DNA from: Entomortierella parvispora E1425
Taxonomy: Eukaryota; Fungi; Mortierellomycota
Reading direction: 5' to 3'
Assembly: GCA_020891255.1 (NCBI GenBank)
Contig: BQFW01000015.1
Span: forward strand, 2,604,001-2,668,000
Length of the DNA stretch: 64,000 nucleotides
The stretch's first letter is position 1. Every line of letters starts with the position of its first letter. The notes beneath the pieces are model-generated. The model was not told where the DNA came from and did no database searches. It worked only from the letters and a program-made list of their open reading frames with translations. The translations under genes were made by a program, and so were the position numbers. This document shows positions 9,558-19,105 of the stretch, in pieces.

Positions 9558-9781
9558 GGTCGATGATGTGTCCCTTGCAGTCTTGATTGACCTGAATGTC
9601 CTAGAAGTCTCTGATTGTCGAGGAGAGATGCAGTTTGGGCGAATTTTTTTTGGACGCGTAAAAATTTATTATAAATCCTTCACTTGTGGCTTTGATGCAG
9701 ATAGAGATGGCCGTTACCATTCCTTCTTCTGCAGGAAGGACGCACACGCACACGCGCACGATACACACCCAGTGGGCAGGT

Positions 9782-10350
9782 TTAATAGATAAAAGGGTCG
9801 TTTTGATCCTGCCTGCGGTTACTCTGGTTGCTGCCTTCCTTACTTTGCTCTCCCAGCACAGATGAGACCACCATCCTTTTCTTGTTTGCGAAGTATGATG
9901 CGGGAAGAAGGCAATTCAACTGTGACACAAGAGATTGGTGTGTCCGGTCAGGGAAGTGTTCCAGCATGTCGTATGTGGCCACAACAGCGCTGTGCAATTC
10001 CAAGAGTTTCTCCCTGTCCTTGGGACTCCAGTCAGTTCTTGCGAGAGGGCATGTTCACAGTGGGTATAGATTCGATTGATAAGAGCACGTTTTGACTGGC
10101 CAGGAAAGAGCGCCATGATGGATTGAGGTGTAGGGTACCTTCCGTCTGAGAAAAGGTGTTTGAATAGCTCCTTTTCTTCTTCTGGCCAGGGCACACGTCT
10201 CCTTTTGACTAGAGTTGTTTCCGTCTTCCTTGGTTCTGACTGGGGTATAGATGCGATTGGTCGTTTGTGGCTTTATTCGGCTCATGGCTCAGCGTGGTCG
10301 AGGCTTGCGATAATATACGATAAAAGCACGCCCTGTAGCAGGTGGCCATT
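9782..10350 (-). pseudogene. Frameshifted, 3'-truncated Myb-array copy (N-terminal half only)
   Basis: VPWPEEEKELFKHLFSDGRYPTPQSIMALFPGQSKRAL is repeat 1. An apparent 4-bp ACTG duplication (aagaACTGACTGgagt) shifts the frame before WSPKDREKLLELHSAVVATYDMLEHFPDRTHQSLVSQL (repeat 2). A stop follows the linker. Confidence 0.8.
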
Positions 10351-10650
10351 CCCGCCTGGTTATCATCATTTGGAAGCAGGAAATGGAGTATGTGGAAAAG
10401 ATAAAGGGGGGAAAGTCCCTTTTCTTGTGCCCTCTTCCTTTTTTTTTTTTTTTTTTTTTTTTTTGGGTTGATTTCATACGACGTTTTTGTAGCTGTGAGA
10501 GGCAACATCCATGGACTAGACGCATCTTTTCCATTGTATCCTGTCCGTTGCACTGTGTTGGGATCAATACATTTGACGGAAGGTAATGGCTCGAATGTGT
10601 CCTGGACTGAATCCTGCTTTCTCCAAGAGTTGATAAAGTAAAAACGAAAT

Positions 10651-11940
10651 TTATTCCAAATATTCATTTCGGAATTTCATGTAGATCTGCCAAGGCGTCC
10701 TTGTCCCAAGAGCTTGGGAAATCCTGTCCCAGTCGTCTCCATACTTCAAAAGAAGGGATTTCATCGACTCCAGTTCTTCCTTTGTCCACGATCCGACATG
10801 ACGGTTCGTCATCATGTTCATGAACCGTCGTCGGCAATTATATTTATCTCTGCCCCCCATTCGCTCGGACACACTGCTCCAGTCTATGCCTCCTAGTTCC
10901 ATCGAGTGCGGGGCTAGATATCTCTTTTTGGATCGTCCTGCCTTCTTCCCTGGTGTCTCCTGACTGCCCTCATCATTGTCCTTGCTACTTGAAGTGTCGG
11001 CAGCGAGATCAATTCCTGGGTAGAAATTCGGTCCAATCTGAGCTGCCACCGCAGCTCTAAGTAGCTCATCCTCCTCTGCAGTCCAGCGGGCGCAAGCGGG
11101 CAGACCGCGATGCCGCAGTGAGTTCAATCGTTGAATAGCCGTTTTCACACTCCGAGACGGATGCAGCCCTTGTCTATTATCCGAGTTACTCATGAGTCTT
11201 CCCAGCTCCACTTTCCAATGCTCCGGGTCAGCCTTCTTTGCCCTCTGGACGAGTTTTCTCAAAATTTCATCCTCTTCAGCGGTCCAATATTGGGGTTTAG
11301 ACCGGGTGCCATCAGTGTTGACGCTTTCTTTCTTCTCTAAGATTGCTGGCGTCAGCTTCCTGACTGAGCGCCGATGACGAAGGAGTCCCAGCCTGTGGAG
11401 GATACTTAAATGAGTTCTATGCTCAAACGATTTCACCATGTCGATCGGCTCGACACCCGAAGCCTCCAGCGCCAAAAGCCTGTCAATCTCGTCCCGCGTC
11501 CAAGCCCGCCCACGGGTACTCAATTTCAACCTCAATACTTTCGTCTTGAGGGCAGGAAGGGTTCGATCAGGAAATTCGGTCTGAAGCTGGTCTCTGGAGC
11601 AAGACTGGCCGTCTGCAAAGAGCTGAATGAGGCGCTGGGTTTCCTCATTTGTCCAGAGGGCCTTCTTTGAGTCTCCAATCATCGTTTTTGGAATGTTGGC
11701 TGTTTTTAGGCCATTACCAGCGCCCGGTGCTTTGTTGTTCTCGAGAGATGGGGTGCTGATAGTGAAGGACCTACTGTCTGAAGCCGTATTGTTCTTTGCT
11801 ACTTGGCGCGTGTTGGAAAAGGTCCAACCGGGAAAAAGGTGTCTAGGCGATGCTGCCGTAGCTAGAGAACATGTCGATGGACGGAGTACGGCTGGTACAC
11901 AAATGCTGCGGATGCATCGGGGATGGAGTATGGTCAACAT
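10651..11940 (-). CDS. Myb/SANT-repeat protein, divergent copy 6, 429 aa
   Basis: Repeats WTNEETQRL, WTRDEIDRL, WTAEEDEIL, WTAEEDELL...IDWSSVSERMGGR and WTKEELESM...DWDRISQALGTR; Arg-rich, acid-free N-terminus. Confidence 0.88.
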   Translation of the reverse strand: MLTILHPRCIRSICVPAVLRPSTCSLATAASPRHLFPGWTFSNTRQVAKNNTASDSRSFTISTPSLENNKAPGAGNGLKTANIPKTMIGDSKKALWTNEETQRLIQLFADGQSCSRDQLQTEFPDRTLPALKTKVLRLKLSTRGRAWTRDEIDRLLALEASGVEPIDMVKSFEHRTHLSILHRLGLLRHRRSVRKLTPAILEKKESVNTDGTRSKPQYWTAEEDEILRKLVQRAKKADPEHWKVELGRLMSNSDNRQGLHPSRSVKTAIQRLNSLRHRGLPACARWTAEEDELLRAAVAAQIGPNFYPGIDLAADTSSSKDNDEGSQETPGKKAGRSKKRYLAPHSMELGGIDWSSVSERMGGRDKYNCRRRFMNMMTNRHVGSWTKEELESMKSLLLKYGDDWDRISQALGTRTPWQIYMKFRNEYLE

Positions 11941-12069
11941 GATAGATGGTAGAGAAGATTCAATGATGTTGCCTGCCCATCTTTTGCATGCGTGACTTCA
12001 TTTTGCACAGAGCGTTGGATGGTCGGGTCGCGTTTCTTTTTTTTTTTTTTTTTTTTTTTTGGCTGTACC

Positions 12070-12260
12070 CACTGGGAATGCTTTTGCTGGAGCGGTGTCT
12101 TTCGTGTTCCATGAAGCAGGTACTTCACCCTGACTTGGTTGGCTGTCCTTGTTCCAACCAGCTCTGCGTTCCTTTCCTCCCCCTGATAGCCGTACTGTTT
12201 GACGCCCTCCTTCTCATGTGAACTTCACCCCTTTGACCAGCAGTTCTTGACTTTGGTTGT
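12070..12260 (-). pseudogene. Highly decayed Myb repeat-5 remnant
   Basis: Across shifting frames the minus strand reads LLVKGVKFT*, KEGVKQYG and AELVGTRTANQVRVKYLL, matching FMLKKGKHWT / REGLRLYG / ATVVGTRAPSQVLIKY. Boundaries are approximate. Confidence 0.6.
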
Positions 12261-12906
12261 TCATCTCAAACAAAAATCGTTGACAACAGGATATCGGAAC
12301 TCTGATTTGGTTACAACATACCCCAAAGCGAAGCTCGAGGGTAGAAGAAGCACCTTGCTGAACTAGTTTTGGACAGACTTCCACGTTGGACGCGTCGCAG
12401 ACGTGACCTCTTTCTTGAAATGAAGATTTACTGCTCCGTGCCTGTCGACTGCGCTGGTGCCTGAATCTGTGCTTGACGTGCAAAGGACAAGGCTGTTGCG
12501 CTTCCCTCCTCTCCTCACCCACGAGAGCCTTTTCTGTGAGGAACAAACGTCTACCAAGAAAACAGAGGGAAACAAAACAGCCTGACCGACAAAGAGCTCC
12601 TATCCAAGGCTGTCGTGGGTGTCTGAGTGTCTGTCCGCCTGTCTCTTGGTGTGCTCACAAAAGCTGAGGCCAACCTTCTTTCTCCGGGGCTTCTTCTTGT
12701 GCTTCCTACATGTACTTTGTCGCAAATGTATGTAGACAGGACCCACTGTCCGCTGTCTGCTCTCCAACTTCATTCATTCCGCTCGCCCGTCTCAATCTAA
12801 TCGCCTCATCTCATTCACCACTCTCCTTCCCCATCCCCATCCTCCCCATTCCTCGACTCTTCCTTTTCTTTTCTTTGGCTACAATAAACAACAAAAAACC
12901 AGAAAA

Positions 12907-13578
12907 ATGGACCCCTTGAAGACCACAGAAAAAGATGAATCAGGAGTACCCAATTTCAAGACGTCTCTCAAGACAAAGATCCGACGAGCCGTCTTTGTCC
13001 TCGTCTTGATCCTCCTCCCCCTCGACATCACCAACCTGATCCAGGCCACCAACATGAGCTGCTTCTGGGTACTCTCCCCGACCTTTCAGGGGCTTGCTAC
13101 CATCGCGGTGGATCTCATGTTGCTCTGCATTCACTATCCCAGAAAACTGACACCAAAGACCGAGAGGCTCTATGGGCGATTGGACTATGGGAATATCTTT
13201 TGGCGGTTCACTGTCTTAGCCTTGACGTTGGTGTGGCCTGTCCGAGAGATTATCACGACAGGACAAATCACTCAACCCGTGGGTAATGATTGTCAACGGA
13301 ACCTCAGCCACGTATCGTCGTTAGGGCGGGATGTCACGATGCGTGCAGGTGGACCGGGAGTGTTGGACTTGATCCCGGTGTTGAAGGTGGCTCGAGCAAG
13401 GTCGAGTGTCTGCATTGCCGTGAGTCTGTTCTTGACTTATGAACTGATTCTTTCGTACAACGACCGGCGGGCCAGGATCCGGAGGGACAAGCCCTTGAGG
13501 CAGCAGGCAGAGAAGGCTGCCGCGGTGTCCAGTACCGGTACCGACATTGAGCTGTCGGAGGTAGAGACTCGCACGTAG
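12907..13578 (+). CDS. Uncharacterised multi-pass (about 4 TM) membrane protein, paralog 1
   Basis: 223-aa ORF with four hydrophobic segments. Shares QATxxxCF, GNIxWR, WPxxE, DLIPxLKVxRxRxS and a C-terminal DxIEL motif with 14108..14851. Confidence 0.8.
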   Translation: MDPLKTTEKDESGVPNFKTSLKTKIRRAVFVLVLILLPLDITNLIQATNMSCFWVLSPTFQGLATIAVDLMLLCIHYPRKLTPKTERLYGRLDYGNIFWRFTVLALTLVWPVREIITTGQITQPVGNDCQRNLSHVSSLGRDVTMRAGGPGVLDLIPVLKVARARSSVCIAVSLFLTYELILSYNDRRARIRRDKPLRQQAEKAAAVSSTGTDIELSEVETRT

Positions 13579-13660
13579 TCCTGGGATGTACCGTAACTGT
13601 ACAGTACTGGTGATAATTATAAAAGAACCCGACCAGAGACAAACAGAGGTGCATTCAGAA

Positions 13661-13726
13661 CAGACAACAGACAACAGACAACAGACAACAGACAACAGAC
13701 AACAGCCAACCAGCCAACCAGCCAAC
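13661..13726. repeat. Compound microsatellite (CAGACAA)6(CAGCCAAC)3
   Basis: Counted directly in the sequence. Confidence 0.95.
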
Positions 13727-13850
13727 CGACAAAACAACAAAAAACAGCGAAGGAAAGGAATGGGCTGTCGCGTGTGCGTGTGGGCAAAATAAAATAAAAT
13801 TCAGGCACCGGCCGGATCCAGGAGAGGAGAGACGATCGACTCTTCCTTCT

Positions 13851-13914
13851 TTTGTTCCTTTGTTCCTTTGTTCCTTTGTTCCTTTGTTCCTTTGTTCCTT
13901 TGTTCCTTTGTTCC
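13851..13914. repeat. Microsatellite (TTTGTTCC)8
   Basis: Counted directly in the sequence. Confidence 0.95.
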
Positions 13915-14107
13915 TTCCTTCGTCTCTCCTGGAACTACCCACAACAAACAAAAAGTCGCCATCTTTCTTTCTTCTTTTCTTTTTGCATTCATCTCTTTGT
14001 CTTTTGCTATCCTCATTCACTCTCATTCACTCTCAATCACCCTCATTCACTACCTGCTCCTTCTCTCTCACGTACTCTCTCTCACTCCCATTTTTATCCT
14101 TTCCACC

Positions 14108-14851
14108 ATGCTATACTTTTCTAAAGATGCACGGATCAAAGAAGACCCTCGTGTCAGGATCCACCGCATCCTCTTGCTCTTTTCCCTCGCCCTCTTTGCT
14201 TTTGACATCTACAACGTTGTCCAGGCCACCCACCTCGCCTGCTTTACTGTTCTGGATCCTCTCCTGCAAGGTTTCGCCACCTTGGTCCCCGACTTTGCCC
14301 TTGCTCTGGTCTATTTGGCTCAACTCAAGCGACATGCCCAGAACCGTCAGGAACTCGCGGCGCAAAAGAAGCCATACTTTTGGTTCTCGTTTGGAAACAT
14401 CCTCTGGAGACTTGTCTTGTTGGCCGTGTTCTGGTTCTGGCCCTTCAAGGAGATGGCCATGACCCGTGAAATCACGTATCAGTCCCTCGAATACAACAAC
14501 TGTTCCACGGGTTCAGAAATAGAATCGGTCGACGGTCGATCTGTCATTGTGAGTTTTGGGGGCCTGACCGTGGCGAAGGACCTCATCCCGTTCCTGAAGG
14601 TGACCAGGGTGCGGACGTCGATTGGTTTTGCGATGGGGGCCTTGATGCTCGTGGAGATGGCGCTCTCGGTCGTCGCTCGCTTCAGCAAGGTGCGTGTGGA
14701 GCTCCGGAAGGCAAAGGACCTGAAGGCTGCTGCTCAGTCAGAGAGAGCACTCGAGGAAGCTGCTTCTTCTGCCGCCGTCACTGGTGCCGATATCACGAGA
14801 TCATCCTCCACAGTGGTGGACAACATCGAGTTGGGGTCTCGACGAGTCTAG
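14108..14851 (+). CDS. Uncharacterised multi-pass (about 4 TM) membrane protein, paralog 2, 247 aa
   Basis: The likely start is ccaccATG at 14108; the upstream part of the track ORF is microsatellite-derived. Motifs are shared with 12907..13578. Confidence 0.8.
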   Translation: MLYFSKDARIKEDPRVRIHRILLLFSLALFAFDIYNVVQATHLACFTVLDPLLQGFATLVPDFALALVYLAQLKRHAQNRQELAAQKKPYFWFSFGNILWRLVLLAVFWFWPFKEMAMTREITYQSLEYNNCSTGSEIESVDGRSVIVSFGGLTVAKDLIPFLKVTRVRTSIGFAMGALMLVEMALSVVARFSKVRVELRKAKDLKAAAQSERALEEAASSAAVTGADITRSSSTVVDNIELGSRRV

Positions 14852-15626
14852 ATAGCGCAGATGGCAAGGTCTGCTTCCACAACAGCAATAGTAACATAGT
14901 AGCAACAACAATAATATACCAGCTCCTCCTCATTCGCGAGGGAGAACAAGCCCACACAGAAACACACAAACGACCATACGCACATGCATTCACCGCCAGA
15001 AAAGAAGCCCCAAGGCTGTAGTCCACCCTGCTCCGGCTCACAACATCAAACAGAAAAGCCCAAATTCAGAGTTCGTGAAGAAGGGATGAGCAAAGGCACC
15101 TTCATTCGCATTCGACACGACATTCTCTTGTGGAATCTTGGATATTGCCATCGACCTTATCATCGTCTTTTCCTTCCTTTTCTTCTCTGCTCACTCTCTC
15201 CCACTCTTCACTGGGCTGTTTGATTCTATCATTCAAAACATGACGTCTACAGACGTATCCATGGTTATTGTAAAGGAGCCGACCTTGTCTGGCTTTGACT
15301 TTGTCCCCTGGCTACACTCCGCCGTTTCGAGCTCCAAAAGATCATTCACTTCTGGACGTTCATATGGTTTATTTTCCACTTCTTCAACGTAGTGCACGCA
15401 GGTACCTAGGGCGTTTCTACTATTTCCCTAGATCTTCTTGCCCTGAACACGTTCTTCTTCCAAATCCAGAAAGGAGGAAACAACACAAAGCCGAGCCCCC
15501 CTCTGTCTGAGAGGTATCAACCAGTCATTGAAAACAATAAAATCATCACGAGCACAAGAACGCGATTTCCAGGTCAAAAAATTTGTGTTTTGAAGCCCGA
15601 AAAAGAGGAGAAACAAACTGTTCTAT

Positions 15627-18283
15627 TCACTGCTGACCATCTGTTTTTCGCACCTTTGAAGAACTACCGAGCGCGTCATGGCTGTCCTCGCCACCAGTCT
15701 CAATGGCAGACACCCTGTCCACAGTCGCGAATGTAGCAGATGTGGCCGACGACGCGGTAGGGATTTCGCCTACAATTTCTTCGTTACTGCTGAGGATGCC
15801 TTCCCGCTTCCGTTTCTTGTACTCTTGTGCCCTCCAGTACCACCAATTGGGTCCGTCCCGCTCCATCTCAGCCTTGTTTGTCTTCATTTTGCGATGAAGC
15901 TTCGATTTCAGATGTTGCTCCCAACTCTTTGGTCCATGAATAATTACAGGTTGTGGAGTCTCAGAAGACCCAAAGCTACCGCCAGCATTCTTTTTGTCCT
16001 TCATGATCCGTTGCATCTGTGTGCAAATCTCGCATTCTTTCTTCTCCCACGACTCTAACGCAGAAATGGCACTATCGGGACGAATGAATGCAAGACAATA
16101 GGCGTCAGTTTGCTTCTTCAAAGATAGTCAGAGGGCCAACAGTCGACAAGTTCTTTTTTCAAATCCTTACTCAAGATCTCGATGTTCTATCGTAAGCATA
16201 TCCTTTGCGTATATATTGAGCTCTGAAGGGTCAGGAAGGTCATTTCCAGCAAAGAAATCTATACAACGACCACAGTGGCCAGCCAGGACGAGCAAAAAAA
16301 AAGTCAGAAATGGGCTACGGAAACACGGGCTAAAGAGTCCGTGTCAACGCCATGCTGAATCACTGATCATACCTTTCGCGATCTTGACGGCGACATTGCC
16401 CACGTTTTCCTTCCATGTATCCAAAGATGTCGCGTCTAGGAGGAATATCTTGACATCCTTCTCCTTGCAAAGCGGCAATAATTTATTGCGGATCCAGAGC
16501 ACCTGGCGTTTTGCATATTGCCTCGTCTTTGCTTTCATGATCTCTGTGCATTCCTTCTTCAGTGCCTCTAGTTCCTTTGTGTCTGTGGGCGATCGATAGT
16601 ACCAGATTCAAGATGTGATTAATGCGATCATCCAATATTTCCAACTCTTTTGACCTGCAAATAGCATCCTGCTGCCACACGTACCTGTTGACTGTCCTGT
16701 TGCCAAAGCTGCTTCAACAGCTGTGAAGTACGGATCGAATTCCTTGTAACCTTAGGCATCAGAGGAATCAAGAGGTCAGCAAACATCTGTGGTAAAAACA
16801 GGATATGAAAAGTAAAACGTTCATATCTTCTTACCAATCGCTTGCCATATGCCTCGCTCATAGTCTGTGTCCGGACCAACGCTCTTTCTCATGCCTTTGA
16901 TTTCGTCAAAAAGTCCACCCTAGTGTTTTTAAATAGCCCAAAATATAGAGGACGTCCATCTCTGTGAGTCCTTGATTGCTTTTACCTCATTGGCCGCAAT
17001 ATTTGGTTCCATCAAGCATACCTTGATCATGGCATCAACTCTTGCGTCTAACCGAGCGTTCAGGACATCGGATGCCGAGTACACCCAAAATATACATGTT
17101 GGCATCCTGTATTCAGCCATCCATGGTTAGAGACTCCAATGATTTGCTTTGATAAACTCCTTGCATCGATCGTCTCTCGTTCTCACCTCAGTCTTTGAGC
17201 ATCCATTACTGAATGCTGTTTTTTGATCAAATCGCTCTGACACTCGCCAGTCTCGAAAAAGACCTTTAAAAAAATTGAAATAATTAATACCAGATCACCC
17301 ATTGCCACCAAAATGACAAAATCAAATCAGAGATCCTCATATCACCCACCTGCAGAGATCGGGTAATCTTGCGGCGGTCATTCTCATGCCACTTGTTGGC
17401 CATGAGAGGGTCTACTTCCTTGAGCTTTTGGTATAAGGTGGCTGTATCCGAGTCTCTCAGGAAAGCCTCATTTGCTCTAACCTCTTCTTCCTGTTCCTTG
17501 ACTTGGTTATCAGAAAGGAGTCGTCCAACGTTTTTTTTCGTGTCCAAGAGTGTATCCCGCCAAAGGAGTGACTGTACGTAATAATGAGTTCCGCCCACCA
17601 CCACTGGCAAATGCTTTCGCTCATGGATCTTTTGGATCTATGTTTCAGCAGCAGAAAAAGAAGCGCCCTTTGGTTAGCGCCCGACTTTTTTCTTTGTTCC
17701 TATAACTCATCAGAGGTGGGGTGTACGCATGATTCTAGACTTCTCAAGTCAAAATTCCAGTCTGAGCCTCCAGTGCGGTCACCCTGTATTTTTTTCCCCT
17801 CTCTGTTCTTACCAGGTCCAGCGCATCAGCTTTGAAATCCAAGACGGAATACTCCTGATCCATGGGCAAGAAATCCATCAGATGGTGAACGACACCTTCG
17901 CGCTCCTCGATCGGCATCTTGTTGGTGATGATGTCCAGGCCTTTATAAACCTGAAGTGTGTCCGCGTTGATCACTTCGCCAGAGAGCTCTTTGGCCAGTT
18001 GGATCGAGAGGTTGGATTTCCCGACGCCTGTTGTGCCAATCACGGCAATGACTCCCGGATCCATGGCTCTATTGAGGGCTCTTCTCTGATCAAAGACCGA
18101 TGTGGAGCTGCTTGAGCGGGTTTGATTCAAGAAACGCGGTGACTGTTGACGAGTCTGACCGCGCGCAAGTATTTGTGGGAATCGGACGGCGGATGAAATG
18201 GCTGCCCTTGAGAAAATGGACGCGGTGTTCGCTGAAGTAATGTGGTTATGGACAGTCGCTGAAATGAGTCGCCATGCATGCAT
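15627..18283 (-). CDS. MOD5: tRNA dimethylallyl/isopentenyl transferase (multi-exon)
   Basis: VIAVIGTTGVGKS P-loop, INADTLQVYKGLDIITNK, HHLMDF, PVVVGGTHYYVQSLL, KTRQYAKRQVLWIRNK and a C-terminal C2H2 finger (CEIC...WEQHLKSKLH). In-frame ATGs at 18283 and 18064. Confidence 0.95.
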
Positions 18284-19105
18284 TTCTCCTTTGGTGGTCC
18301 AATGTCGTTCGTCGTTTCCGCTGTCCAATGCAAGGAAGGTGGTCGCGGGCAGAAAGGAAGAAAGAGCCAAAAGAGCCAGTGCTGCGTCATGTGGAGAGTT
18401 GGTGGCGCATTGCGTGAACAAGCCACAAAAAAAAAAAAAAAAAAAAAAATGAAAACCCTTCAAAAAGAGTGGAAGGACACGAAGGGTGAAAGCATGATGA
18501 ACATGTTCATTATCGGGAGGTATTATTTCTTGGTCAATCATTGTCGTGATTTTATTGAGGTAAAGAAAATCTCGAGATGGGGGCATGAATTGACTAAATT
18601 AAAAAAAAAAAAAAAACTTCTTGAAGATGAGGTAGAGAAGGTCAGATAAAGAACTTGCTGGGTTCAATGTGTGAGAAATCAAGAAAGGGAATTGGTATCC
18701 GTTGGTCCAGCAAGCCCACAAAAAAGAGCATGATGAAGAGTATTGAGTGGAGGAAAGTACAGAATGAACAAAATAAAAAAGGCAATGAAGCATCTTCAAG
18801 AATAAAAGAGAAAAGGAGGGTGTCGATGGGTGCAAAAACAAGACACAAAAAGACTCTGGGGCCACGGTGGGAGCACTGATGAGGGGGTTGAAGAAAGAAG
18901 CAAACTACACTTGAGCAAGCACGTCCGGTCGAGATCGCTATTCCCTTTGTAAAAACTTCACATTGCGGCGATCGCGACCATCCTGCTTATCCATCATCGC
19001 TCGGCTCTTTCCGTTTCTTCCTCCCACTGATCCAAAGCCGTCCAATTGTCCCATCGTCCAGTGAACTATTCATCCCCTTATATCGCTAGCTTCCGTGTAG
19101 GAAAC

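Noticed and set aside
1-12260. Myb array as a transposon or retroelement cluster
   Set aside because: No transposase, reverse transcriptase or integrase motifs, terminal inverted repeats, LTRs or target-site duplications were seen. A Harbinger-type Myb/SANT partner is unlikely given five repeats and no neighbouring transposase.
15240-15392. Short ORF MTSTDVSMVIVKEPTLSGFDFVPWLHSAVSSSKRSF... with a good start context
   Set aside because: Only about 50 aa with no recognisable motif or paralog; it cannot be supported without expression or conservation data.
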